Positions 41,102 through 51,925 of a stretch of DNA of 64,000 nt are shown here, piece after piece (position 1 is the stretch's first letter; each line of letters starts with the position of its first letter). The notes beneath the pieces are model-generated. The model ran no database searches, had not been told where the DNA came from, and was given only the letters and a program-made list of their open reading frames with translations. Made by a program: the position numbers and the translations under genes. The stretch is from an uncultured Actinomycetes bacterium (GTDB taxonomy: Bacteria > Actinomycetota > Thermoleophilia > UBA2241): the NCBI GenBank assembly GCA_963755025.1, contig CAVWIH010000014.1:320001-384000 (forward strand), written 5' to 3'.

Positions 41102-41132
41102 ATACTAGGTATTCTTGACCGGATTTGTCAAG
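41102..41132 (-). promoter_or_regulatory. Sigma70 promoter of metY with a palindromic operator over the -35 box
   Basis: Minus strand TTGACA-N18-TAGTAT; inverted repeat CTTGAC-N7-GTCAAG at 41114-41132. Confidence 0.65.
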
Positions 41133-41210
41133 AAGAGCTTGCCGACGGTCCGCGCGGCGCCGCCGGTGAACAGGCGCACCGCGGCCGTACCCGGCGATAA
41201 GCCTGCCGGG

Positions 41211-42317
41211 CTACCGGCGCCCGCGCGGACCGCGAGCCGCCCTGCCGCGCGAGCGCGCCCGCTTCATCTCGTACATGCGCCGGTCGGCCTCGCGCAGAAG
41301 GTCGTCGACACCAGCCGAGTCGGCGGTGTGCATGCCCATGCTGGCCGAGATCCGGGGCAGCTTGACGACGTTGTGCTGCGCGATCGCTTCGTTGACCTTG
41401 AACGCCACGCGCCGGGCGCCTTCGGCGTCGGTGCCCGGCATCAGCATGACGAACTCGTCGCCGCCGTATCGCGCCACGATGTCGGTCTCGCGACAGCTCG
41501 TGCCCAGCAGCTCCGCCAGGTCGCGCAGCAGGGTGTCACCGGCCGGGTGACCCTCGCTGTCGTTGACGCGCTTCATGCCGTCGACGTCGACGAAGAGGAT
41601 GCTCACCACCCCGCCGTTGCGGCGCAGCTCCTTGGCGGTGCGCTCGAGCGTGAGCTCGAGGTAGCTGCGGTTGTACACGCCGGTGAGACCGTCGTGCACG
41701 GCCATGGAATCCTTTTCTTCCATGAGCTGCCGGTTGTCGAGCGCGATGGCCGTCTGGATGGAGAAGGTGCGCAGCATGGTCCGCTCGTCCTCGCCGAACT
41801 GCTGGGGACGTTCGTAGAAGAGGACCAGCGCGCCGTATGTGCCGCGGTAGGTGTGGAGCGGCGCCGCGAGCAGGGCGCGGCAGTGGCTCGCGCCGGCCAG
41901 CCCCTCCCCGTCGGAGCCCTCCGCCTGCAGGTCGTCGACCGCGATCGTCTGGCCGTTCAGGATGACGCGGCCGAGGAGGGCGTCCTCGAGGGGCACGACG
42001 AAGAGCCGCTCGTCTCGGTCGGGCATGCCGTGCGCGTGCTTGGCGACCAGGACGTCGCCGCGCACGACGAGCAGCGCCGACCTCTGGGCGTTCATCAGGC
42101 GGGTCGTCTCGGTGAGGATGGTCTGCTCGAGCGAGGCCGAGTCGAGACTGCGATGCACCATCTCGGCCGCCTCGAGCAAGTCGTGCTGGCGGTCGATCCT
42201 TCGCTGCTGCTCGCGAAACAGCAGGGCGTACGACAAGTCGTGACGCGAGGGCTCCGGGAGCCGCGGCTCCGAAGGCGAAGGCTCGGGGGGCGATGGTCCG
42301 GGGGGCGATGGTTCCAT
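41211..42317 (-). CDS. GAF-GGDEF diguanylate cyclase
   Basis: Probable ATG 42317; GAF (SLDS...LAAPL...AIALDN), HDGLTG, RETD I-site, YGGDEF. Confidence 0.92.
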   Translation of the reverse strand: MEPSPPGPSPPEPSPSEPRLPEPSRHDLSYALLFREQQRRIDRQHDLLEAAEMVHRSLDSASLEQTILTETTRLMNAQRSALLVVRGDVLVAKHAHGMPDRDERLFVVPLEDALLGRVILNGQTIAVDDLQAEGSDGEGLAGASHCRALLAAPLHTYRGTYGALVLFYERPQQFGEDERTMLRTFSIQTAIALDNRQLMEEKDSMAVHDGLTGVYNRSYLELTLERTAKELRRNGGVVSILFVDVDGMKRVNDSEGHPAGDTLLRDLAELLGTSCRETDIVARYGGDEFVMLMPGTDAEGARRVAFKVNEAIAQHNVVKLPRISASMGMHTADSAGVDDLLREADRRMYEMKRARSRGRAARGPRGRR

Positions 42318-42402
42318 ACGACTATGATGCCACACACAACGCAGCGGCCAACGCGATACGAGCTTGCGGGCCGCGCGGCGAGGCTGCCGACCCGCGCCGG
42401 TA

Positions 42403-44218
42403 TTACCCGCGCCCGGAGCCTCTTCCGTGACCGCGGGAGTGCGACCGTCCGCGGCCGTAGCCCCCGTGCCCCCTGCCGCGAGCGCCGCCGCCGCGCCAGC
42501 GGTGAGCGCCGCCACGCGAGCCGCGCGAGGCGTGCGAGCGCTGGCCCCGACCGCCGCCGTGGCCGCGCCAGGCGCCGCCGTTGGCGGCGTCGCCGCGCGA
42601 GCGGGGGTGCGACTGCCCGGACGAACCGGAGTGCGAACGGGTGTCGCGCGCACCGGAGTGCGAACGGGTGTCGCGCGCACCGGAGTGCGACCGCGCATGC
42701 GAGCGCGCTGCGACACCTGCGCGCCTGTGGAAGCGCCCGTCGTGTTTGGCGTGGCGGTGCGACTGTGCGGCGTGACCGGTATGGCCGTTATGGCCGGCAC
42801 GGCTGAGACCGACCCCGACGGCCGTGCCGACGGCGCCCGCAGCGCCGGCGCCCGCCGAGTGCCCGGCGGTGCCCGGCCGGCCGTTGCTCGACGTCGTGCC
42901 GCCGCTGGTCGTGGACCCGGTGCTGCCGGTCGTGGATCCGGTGCTGCCGGTCGTCGATTCGGTACCGGAGGTCGGATGCGTGCCGCTGGAGCTTGCCGCG
43001 CCGTCGCCGCTTTGCGAGGCGCCGCTTGAGTGCACACTCGTCAGGTTGGCGGTGGCGATCAGCGGAGTGCTGGCCGCGACGGCGCTATGGGTCGACTGCG
43101 TCGTGTGCGCGGCGGCCCTGGGCGTGCGCTTGCGGGCGGCGTGCTGGACGACGGCGACCTTCGCCGAGTCGCGCGGTGCGAAGATGGCCGAAGAGGCGGG
43201 AGGCCGCGGCACGAACAGGATGATCTTCTGCAGCTCGCGATGGGAGCCGAACATGACGACCCCGACGAGGGCGGCGAGGCAGGCGGCTGCGACGACGTAG
43301 GCGGTCGCCTTGCTGCCGACCACCTTGCGGAACCTGATGAGCGCGCCGACGACGGCGCCCGTACCGCAGGCGACGCCGGCCGGTGCGATCGTTGCCGGAG
43401 CGACGGGCGCAGCCCACGTGCCGAACACGGGCACCTTTTTCAGGGCCTGCGGGAGCGGAGCTTCGCCGACGAACAGCGCGAGTCCGGCGGCCCCGAGGCC
43501 CCAGGCGGCGGTCGTCGTGCGGCAGGGCTCGCAGTAGCGGGCGTGGTCGTGCAGCCGGCGGGTGTCGTCGGCCGACAGGCCGCGACCGACCGACGTGGCG
43601 GCCTCTTGCTCGGCAAAACGGCAGGTCGCGACAGTCTGGTTGCCCGAGAGCGCCTCGAAGGCGCCGCGGAACCGTTCGCCGGCGCGAAAGAGCAGGGTCT
43701 TGGCGGCCTCCGCCGACACTCCCATCACGGCAGCCGTCTCGCCGTACGACAGACCGTGCACGTCGTTCAGCAGAAGGGCCGCGAGGTCGCGATCGTTCAG
43801 GCCCTCTGAGGCCTGGCGGAAGCGCCGCGCGAGATCGCTCTGCGGGTCGGCGCCGGTCGCGGCGTCGGGTTGGGGCGCAGCGGGCATGGCGGGGGAGCCG
43901 GGAAGCCGCGGCGAGGTGTTCGCGGCAGGTGTCGAACGCCACTCCGTAGACCCACGGTCGCAGGTCGATCGCGCCGCTGTGGAGCAGGATCTTGCGATAG
44001 GCGCGGACGAAGACCTCGTGGGTGATGGCTGCGGCGTCGCCGCGACCGCGCATGAGGCGCGCGACGAAGCCGTAGACGCCGGAACGGTACGTTTCGAAGA
44101 ACCTTCCGAAGGCTTCGCGTTCGCCGTTTCGCAGGTCGTCGACAGAGGCGTCGAACCCCGGGCCCACGACTGAGCCAAGACCGAGCGACTGCGTGGTCGG
44201 ATGGATCTGCTTGGTCAT
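42403..44218 (-). CDS. ECF sigma factor fused to a zinc anti-sigma motif, a TM helix and a low-complexity tail; apparent +1 frameshift near 43890-43910
   Basis: Sigma region 2 (AFGRFFETY...EVFVRAY...RPWVYGVA) in one frame; region 4 (GLSYGETAAVMG...KTLLFRA), HARYCEPC, TM and a Ser/Thr/Gly/His tail in another. Confidence 0.8.
42625..42690. repeat. 27-bp coding tandem repeat (RSHSGARDT) in the ECF tail
   Basis: accggagtgcgaacgggtgtcgcgcgc repeated about 2.5 times. Confidence 0.8.
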
Positions 44219-44434
44219 ACACCGTCTCTATCGGCAAAACGACCAAGGTAATGAGGGCTCGACGCGATTGTTTTTGGGAAACCTGGCGGCAAGCCCGGCT
44301 CACGCTCGCCGCACGCCTGCCGGCGGCGGCCCCGCTCCGGCTTTATGGGGCCGCCGCAAGCGGCAACGGTTACCGCCTGCGAGCGTCGCGGTACAAGCCC
44401 CAGCGGCTAGTCGGCGGCGCGGGAGGTCGAGGGG

Positions 44435-44809
44435 ATGTTCGGTTCGGCAGTGACGATCGGTCGCGCGACCGCGGTACACGGCAAGAAGGCCCTGGCGAGC
44501 GCCGACGAACGTCCTCGTACCTACGGCGCCGGCCGCGTCTGCGCCACGGAGGGCTGCGGGACGGTCCTGTCGAGCTATAACCCCAGCGCCGTCTGCTGCC
44601 TGCACAGCCAGGGCTGGACGGTGAAGCGCAGCTCGGTCGAACGCCGCATCCGCGAGCGCCCCGAGCTCGCCGGCACCTGCCAGAACGCACAATGCGGCAC
44701 CGAGTTCGTCACGACCAATCCGGCCAAGAAGTACTGCTCCGACCGCTGCCGCATGCAGGCCTTCCAGGCCCGCGTCGCGGCCGAGCGCAAAGGCTCAGTA
44801 GCCGCCTGA
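44435..44809 (+). CDS. Small protein with two Cys-rich zinc-finger-like modules
   Basis: CATEGC...CCLH and CQNAQC...YCSDRCR (CGNR-type finger-like); start may be GTG 44450. Confidence 0.8.
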   Translation: MFGSAVTIGRATAVHGKKALASADERPRTYGAGRVCATEGCGTVLSSYNPSAVCCLHSQGWTVKRSSVERRIRERPELAGTCQNAQCGTEFVTTNPAKKYCSDRCRMQAFQARVAAERKGSVAA

Positions 44810-45220
44810 CTGCTCGCGGCCCGGGTAACTCTGGCCGTCGTGCCCGGCGAACGCGTTTTCGAGTGACAGCAGCACGGCGGCGTCGGCCGCCCTTACGAGC
44901 GCCGACAGCAGCTCGTTGGTGGTCTGGGTGCCCGCGGCGCCAAAACCGTGGCGCGCGATGATCACGCACTCCTCCTCGAGGAACTCGTGGACCGCCTGGT
45001 CGTCGGCGGCATACAGACTCGCGAGGCGCACGAGACGGGGGTCGTCGTCGGGGAGCGCTTCGACGGCGCGGGCGGCAACGTAGAGGGCCCTGGCCGACTC
45101 AAGGTTGCGCTCGTCGCCGGGCTCGTCGGCGGCGTTGGCGCCACGCCACTGCAGCCATCCGTACAGGCTCTGGACGAGCCAGTCACGGTAGGCCCGCACG
45201 CCACTGACCTCGGCCGCCAT
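44795..45220 (-). CDS. Hypothetical protein (about 141 aa, helical)
   Basis: GGGGGAG RBS; coding-like composition. Confidence 0.7.
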   Translation of the reverse strand: MAAEVSGVRAYRDWLVQSLYGWLQWRGANAADEPGDERNLESARALYVAARAVEALPDDDPRLVRLASLYAADDQAVHEFLEEECVIIARHGFGAAGTQTTNELLSALVRAADAAVLLSLENAFAGHDGQSYPGREQSGGY

Positions 45221-45307
45221 CACTCCCCCCCGTCGTACGCGCTTCGACTGGGTGTTGCACGGGCGGGCGCCTACTATTCCCGTTGGGGTCGCGCGGCCCG
45301 GCCCCGG

Positions 45308-48300
45308 TCAGGCCAGGCGCAGCACGACCACCTGCAGGTCGTCGCGCAGCGTACCGGCGAACTCGAGGGCGCCGGTGCACACCGCGTCGGCGACCGCTTG
45401 CGCCGAGCGCCCGCGCAGGTCGCCGACGATGTCGACGAGGCGCTGCTCGCCAAGCAAGTCGCCGCCCCGGCGGGCCTCGGTGACGCCGTCTGTGTACAAC
45501 ACCAGGTAGTCGTCGCGGGTGAGCACCGCGTGCGCGTTCGTGTAAGGCCTCGCAAACGAGCCCAGCGGAGGGCCGAAGGTCACGTCGAGCGGGCGGCAGG
45601 CGGAGGCGCGCAGGTGGACGGGCGCGGGGTGACCGGCGCTCGCGTAGCTCAGGCGCCCGGTGTGCGGGTCGAGCACCGCGAGAAAGGCGGTCACGTGCGG
45701 TTCGTCGGGATCGAAGCGCAGGAGCAGCTCGTTGGTCTGCGCCAGCACGAAGGCGGGTGTCGGGTCGACCGCCGCCAGGGCGCGCACGGTGCTGCGCACC
45801 GTCTCGGTCATGCCCGCCGCCCGCACGCCCTTGCCGGCCACGTCGCCGATCAGCGCCACCACGTGGGCGTCGTCGACCACGAAGACGTCGCTGAAGTCGC
45901 CGCCCACCAGCACGGGCTCGTCGGCAGTCCGCGACACCACGCCGAGCTCGAGCCCGGCCACGTCGGGCAACTCGTGGATGAAGTTCTCCTGCAGGGTGGT
46001 GGCGATGCCCTCCTGCTCCTCGTAGAGCCGGGCGTTCTCGAGACCGAGCGCTATCTCGAACGCCACCGACTCGAGGAACGAGACCTCGTCCGGGTCGAAG
46101 CCGTGCGGTTCGGCCCACGCGAGCGCCAGGCAGCCGGTGACGGTGCCGCGCACGATGAGCGGCAGCGAGGCTCCCGACCGCTGACCGAGTGACAGCGTGA
46201 AGGCGCGTCCGTAGTCCGACAGCGAGGGGTCGGTCGCGACGTCGCGCACGAACGAGGGCGACCCGGCGCGATAGACCCTCGCACTCTCGCCGGGCCCGGC
46301 GAGGTCGATGGGCCCGGCGTGCTCCGCCAGGTACTGCTCCGATACGCCCGAGAGCGCCAACGCGACCAGGTGGCGACGCGACTGGTCGACGGCGAACAGA
46401 AAGGCGGTGCGCGGCTGCAGGGCGCGCACCAGCAGCTCGGCCTGACGCTGCGCCGTCTCGGTCCGGCCGAGCGTCGAGGCGCCCAGCTCGGCGAGCTCCT
46501 TGAGAAGCGACAACCGCTCGGCTCGCGCCGTGAGCTGATCTCGCTGCGCCGAGAGCTCGCGGTTCTGGCTGAAGACCTCGTCGCTCTGCGCCTTGAGCTC
46601 CTCGCCGGCGATCTGCAGGTCTTCGGTCTGCCTCTGCAGCTCGGCGGCGAGCTCCTCTACGCGCGCCTGCTCGGCGAGCTGCGCCTCGCGGGCGGCGTCG
46701 GCTCGGGCGAGGGCGACCGCGGCGGCCCGGCGCCGCTCGACCTGTTCGCTCAGGGCCCGGGCCAGCAGACCGGCGAGTATGCCGGCGGCCAGCCAGATCG
46801 CCGTCGAGATCATGGTCGTGGCGAGGGAGGACCTGGCGCCCTCTCCACCCACCGTCACGTAGAACACGCCGCCGGCGGCGACCGCCACGAGCCCGCCGAC
46901 AAGGGGACCTGCCAGAGCGCCCGCGACGATGGCGGTGAGCGCCGTCACCGACCCGGGCAATCCCAGAAAGTGCCGCGTGTCGTTGAGCTCGTCGAGTCCC
47001 GCGAGGATCGCGCTCTGCAGCGCGATGGCGACGACCAGGACGAACCAGCGGCGACCGTGCAGACGCCGCAGGAACCGCGTCGCGCGTTCGGGCCGCTCGA
47101 AGCGCGCGGCCTGGCTTTCGCGCTCGAGCAGGCGCCCGTGCTCGACGGCGGCGCCGGCTTGCGCGGCGATGGCCTCGACCACGGCGATCTCGCGCGCGCT
47201 GAAAGGCCGAGCCGCACCGGGCTCGTCGACCATGATGAGCCCCACGAGGCGATCGCGGTAGACGATCGGCACGGAGAGCACGAGCAGGAAGGCATGCTCG
47301 TCGACGTAGCGCTGCATCTCGCCGCGCAGCGCGGTCTGGGTGTAGTCGATGACCCGCGTCGTTCTGGCGGCGATCACCTCCCTGGCCGCCTCGGAGATCT
47401 CGTCGAGCGCGAACCGCCGTCGGGGAACGACAGTCGCGCCCCGCGACACCGCGACCTCGACCTCCTGTCGCTCCGCGTCCCACAACTCGATCAGCACTCG
47501 CGAGTGGTCTGTGGACCTCACCAGCAGGTCGCCGAGCTGCTCCAGCATGTGGTCGAGATCTGTCCACGAGGTCGCCGTGGCGGCGGTCTCGAGCAGGAGA
47601 GCCGAGGTCTCGAGCTCCCGGCGCGCCTCGCGTTGCGCCGCGACCTCGGCCTCGAACAGGCGGGCGTTCTCGACGGCGACCGCCGCCTGCGCGGCGATGC
47701 CCTCGACCAGCCTGATCTCGCGCCCGGTGAACGCGCAGCGCTCGCCGGGGTCGTCGACCACGAGCAGGCCGACCGTCTTCTCGCGGCGTACCAGCGGCAC
47801 GTGGAGGGCGAGGTGAGAGCGGTACGGCGCCGCGGCCCGGCCCCGCTCCGCCTGCGGCAGCGCGTCGAAGTCGGCCATCTGCGTGACGCGCTCGTGGATG
47901 GCTGTGCGCGCGGCCGACGACACACCGGCGATCGGCCAGCGCGCGCCCAGCGGCAGCGGCATCGCCCCCTCTGAAGCGGCTACCTCGATCTCGCCGCGCG
48001 GCTCGTCCCACAGGTCGACGATCACGCGCGAGTGCGGCGTGGCGTTCAGCAACGTGCGCGCCAGGCGGCGCACGATCTCGCCCAGGTCGGTCCACTCGGC
48101 GAGCGCTTCGGCCGCTTCGAGGAGCTGCGTAGTGGTCTGCAGCTCCTGCCGCGACCGCCCCTGCGCCTCGGTAGCCGCTTCGTAGAGACGCGCCTTCTCG
48201 AGACCCGTGCCGAGCTGGTCGGCCACGCTCTGATACAGCGCCACGTCGCCGGGATCGAACGGTCGAGCGCTCGCGAACGAGAAGCCCAGCGTGCCCACGA

Positions 48301-49556
48301 CGCTGCCGCCCGCTCTCATGGGCAGGATGATCCAGCCACTCCGCGCGGCGCCGGTGACCTGCCGCACCCTTGCGCCCGTCGCCCGGCGCTCACGGGCGTC
48401 GCCGTCGGGCGCGCCGGGCGCGTCGTGCGTCGCGACCACGCCGGTCAGGGCGACACGGCCGCTGATCGTGCTGTCGTCGAGCGGCACATCGCCATACTCC
48501 TGAAGGGCCTCGCTGTGGATGCCGCGGTTCGCCAGGCTGCGCAGCGTGCCGGCGGCCTCGTCGATCAGAAAGACGTTGCCCGTGGTGGCGCCGAGCAGGT
48601 CCTCGGCCGCCGCGAGCGACTGGTCGGCCAGCTCTTTGAAGTCGAGCGTGCCGGCCGCCGCGGCGGCGATCCGGTTGAGCAGCGTGGTGCGCGCCAGCAT
48701 CTGGTCGTGCGCCTCTTCCTTGCGCTTGCGCTCGGAGATGTCGCGCCAGAAGAGGCTGATGCCGGTCGAGGTCGGGTAGACGCGCGCCTCGATCCAGCCC
48801 TGCGTGGTGGGGTAGTCGGCGATCGACGGCCTGCCCAGCACCATCGCCGCGCGAAGGGCTTCGCCTTGCGGCTGTGTGGCGAGAGCCGGATCGAGGTCCC
48901 AGATGCACCGCCCGAGCATCGCTTCGCGGGACAGGCCGGCTTCGCTCAAGACGGCGGCGTTGACGTGCAGATAACGGTACTCCCAGTCGAGGGCGGCGAA
49001 GCCCTCGTCGATCTCGTCGAGCGTGGCGAGCGTGCGCGCGTCGCCGAACGGCCCGGCGTCGGGCGCGCCTTCGCTCGGGCCGGCGCCCGGGAGCGAGGGT
49101 GCGCAGCGCGCCACCGCCCGCGTCGTCATACGCACTTCGAGCCCGCCGTCGCGGCGCAGCTCGAGCGACTCCATGAGGGCGGCAGATGATGAACAGGCCG
49201 CGACCGTGGTCGAGAAGCGGGTCGGTGGGCGCCTGCGCGTCGAAGCCCTCGAGGTCGAACCCACCGCCGCGGTCCTTGACCACGGCCACGAGGCGGTCGG
49301 CGTCGAACTCCAGCGAGATCGCGACGGGCTCGGGCGAGCCGCTGTGGCGGATGGCGTTGGTGCAGGCCTCTTCGACGCAGAGCACGACCTCGTCGATCAC
49401 GCGGGGGGCCGCACAGTACTGGCGCAGGTAGTCGCGCAAGCGCTCGCGAGCCCGCAACAGATGAGCCGCCTCCGGGACGACGTCGAAATGCAGGCGCGGT
49501 GGCGCGGCCTGCGGCGTTACGCTGCTGCTCTGCGACAAGTGGCTCCCGCGTGGCAT
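45308..49556 (-). CDS. RsbW-like HATPase + PAS + multiple GAF + TM + GAF + SpoIIE/PP2C phosphatase; apparent +1 frameshift near 49183
   Basis: EEACTNAIRH, DRGGGFD, GRGLFII in the 49556 frame continue as AALMESLE in the 45308..49264 frame; C-terminal VGGDF, GDVAGKG, SAGHP, YTDGVTE, DD motifs. Confidence 0.88.
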
Positions 49557-49658
49557 CCGCTCGAAGGGCAGACGGTCATTCTACGGTCCCTGAACTGAGC
49601 ATCGACCGTTGGCAGGCGCGCCTCGCGACGCGCCGTCCGCGGCGCGCGGCGGTCGCTC

Positions 49659-49737
49659 GACCGCGGGAAGATGATCGGGACCGGGCGAACGCGGACAGGA
49701 TCGCTCGCGAGGCGACCGCGGGCAGGATCGCTCGGGG
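49659..49737. repeat. Degenerate ~27-bp tandem repeat
   Basis: gcgaacgcggacaggatcgctcgcgag / gcgaccgcgggcaggatcgctcgggg plus a weaker upstream copy. Confidence 0.55.
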
Positions 49738-49774
49738 TCAGGGCGGCCCGGGCCGACGCTCGGGCGGCGCCCGG

Positions 49775-50146
49775 CTACTCGTCTGGGCGCTTCTCCGGTT
49801 CGACGTGCCCGCGACGTGCGTGGCGCGCCGCCGTCGGGGCGGAGGTCCAGACGCGCGAGCCGGGGCGTTTGAGCGGGTCGGAGGCGGCCGAGGGAGGCGT
49901 GACCGTGGCGTTCGCGCACAAGTCGCAGCGGCAGCCCTCGCGGTGGCGCCAGCCGCCGTCGATGGTGTGGTCGCCGTCGCGCAGCGCCGAACGCTTCACG
50001 GAGAGGACGCCCTGGTACCCTTCGGTCGCCGGCGGCTCCAGGCGCACAGCGCGAAACAACTCGCCGTCGACCCAGAGATAGCCGAGGGGATGCCAGGCGA
50101 ACTGCGGGGATCCGCGCACTTGCAAGAGGGTGAGGATCTGAGCCAT
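49775..50146 (-). CDS. Small hypothetical Cys/His-rich protein, paralogue of 6501..6809
   Basis: AGGAGG RBS; FAWH...GWRHREGCRCDLC. Confidence 0.82.
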   Translation of the reverse strand: MAQILTLLQVRGSPQFAWHPLGYLWVDGELFRAVRLEPPATEGYQGVLSVKRSALRDGDHTIDGGWRHREGCRCDLCANATVTPPSAASDPLKRPGSRVWTSAPTAARHARRGHVEPEKRPDE

Positions 50147-50212
50147 TGGAGCGCCTCCTGACCTTGCCAGAGCTGCCTCCCGGGCTCATGTGCGAAACAA
50201 GAGCGGGGATTC

Positions 50213-50240
50213 AGCCTACGCCCGTTGAGGGCACTGTCAA
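50213..50240 (-). promoter_or_regulatory. Sigma70-type promoter for 49775..50146
   Basis: Minus strand TTGACA-N16-TAGGCT. Confidence 0.5.
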
Positions 50241-50445
50241 GTCGCACGGGCGTTCCGCCGGCCGACGTGAGACCCGGGCCGATGCAGGCGCTTCAGACGA
50301 CCATCGGTCCACCGCGACCCCGGCCCGGAAGAGTCGCGGACACGAGGGCGCGGGAACGTACGGTCTGGCGGAGCGCCCCGTACGGCGTCCGCTCCACTAT
50401 CCCGACCGTTTGCGTTGCACGGCTTCGGCAGTGTAGAGGTGTCCC

Positions 50446-51372
50446 ATGGTCTACCTTCTGGCGACGATCGCGGCGCTGGCCAACGCGCTCACCAGCATCC
50501 TGCAGCGCATGGGAGTGCAGGACGCCCCCGACAGCGACACGCTGCGCCTCAGCCTGCTGACACACGCCATCAGGCGCGGCGTGTGGCTCCTGGGGTTTGC
50601 CTTCATGGTCGGCTCGTTCCTCTGCCAGGCGGTGGCGCTCCACCTCGGCAATCTCAGCCAGGTCCAGCCCATCCTCACCACCGAGCTGCTGTTCCTGGTG
50701 GTCATCCTGGCCACCTGGTTTCGCTACCACATCGGCCGGCGCGGCTGGCTCGGCTGCCTGGCCGCGGCCGGCGGCCTGGCCGGGTTTCTGATCTTCGCCC
50801 AGCCGACCACCGAGAACCTGGTGCCGTCGACCCTGGGCTGGATCCTCACGGGCGGCGCCTGCCTGGGCGCGATGGGTCTCGCGGTGGCGCTCGCCCTGCG
50901 TGGTCCGCGCTGGTGGCGCGCCTTCATGTTCGGGGCGGCCAGCGCCGTCGGGTTCGCCCTCACCGCGGCGCTCGTCAAGACGGTGGGCGACTACGTGGCC
51001 GCGGGCTGGACGGAGCCGTTCGGCCACTGGGAGACCTACGCCTTCGCGGCGTGCGGTCTCACCGCGGTGTTCCTCGCGCAGAACGCCTTTCACGCGGGGC
51101 CGATCGCGGCCTCGCAAACGTCGCTGGTACTGGTCGATCCCCTGGTCAGCCTGATCATCGGCATCAGCCTCTACGGCGACGACCTGCGCACCTCGGGCGC
51201 CTACGGACCGCTCGAGGCGCTGTCGCTGCTCATCATGTTCGTGGGCGCCGCCGAGCTCGCCCGCTCGCCGCTCGTCGCGGGCATCAGGGAGCGCGACGGA
51301 CGCTACTCGGACTGGCTCGCCGAGCGCCGGCCCCCCAAGAGTGGCGAAACGACGCCCGGCGCCGACTCGTGA
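50446..51372 (+). CDS. DMT-superfamily membrane transporter
   Basis: About 9 TM; QAVALHLG-LSQVQPIL; QNAFHAG. Confidence 0.88.
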   Translation: MVYLLATIAALANALTSILQRMGVQDAPDSDTLRLSLLTHAIRRGVWLLGFAFMVGSFLCQAVALHLGNLSQVQPILTTELLFLVVILATWFRYHIGRRGWLGCLAAAGGLAGFLIFAQPTTENLVPSTLGWILTGGACLGAMGLAVALALRGPRWWRAFMFGAASAVGFALTAALVKTVGDYVAAGWTEPFGHWETYAFAACGLTAVFLAQNAFHAGPIAASQTSLVLVDPLVSLIIGISLYGDDLRTSGAYGPLEALSLLIMFVGAAELARSPLVAGIRERDGRYSDWLAERRPPKSGETTPGADS

Positions 51373-51445
51373 GCGCCGGCCGGCCCTGTCCCGAGCGAGT
51401 GCCGGGGCCGCTGCCGAGCCCCGCGACGGGCTCGTCCCCGGCCGG

Positions 51446-51899
51446 TCACGCCGCCAGCAGCTCGCTCAGCTCGTCGGCGGCCGTGCGATCCTGCCCGGCG
51501 GCCTTCGTGAAGGCTCGCGAGCTGGCGGCCAGCACGTCTTCGCAGCAACGCACGAAGTCGTCGTGATAGCGCGCCGCGGCGCGCTCGGCGGCGATGAGCT
51601 GCGTGACGACGGCCGGCCACGAAGTCGCCGGATTCCTGGTCGAGCGCCCCCAGGTAAGCGTCGCCGTCGAGCACGTGGATGGGCTCGAGGATCATCTCGT
51701 TCACCTCGCGGCGGACCGCCGTGAGCTTTGCGACGCGCCCGGCGTGGCCGCGGGCGAGCTCTTCGAACCTGGCGCGCCAGCGCTCGTCGGGCGCCTGGGC
51801 GGCGGCCGCCGCGGCGATCTCGGCGGCGGCCTCCTCGGCCTCGAGGGCAAAGCGAAAGGCCGAGCCGTAGGCGACGATCTCGGGGAACTGTCGCGACAC
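51446..51899 (-). CDS. Ferritin-like/rubrerythrin-like four-helix protein; apparent +1 frameshift near 51630
   Basis: FALEAEE...FEELARGH...EMILEPI, then a shifted frame giving LIAAERAAARYHDDF...AFTKAAGQD...TGA at 51446. Confidence 0.7.
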
Positions 51900-51925
51900 G
51901 TCTGCTCCTCTCTCGCCGTCGCCCG

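Noticed and set aside
41211-43037. 608-aa diguanylate cyclase with a long Arg/Ala/Pro N-terminus
   Set aside because: The extension is an alternative frame of the ECF low-complexity tail; the real start is probably ATG 42317.
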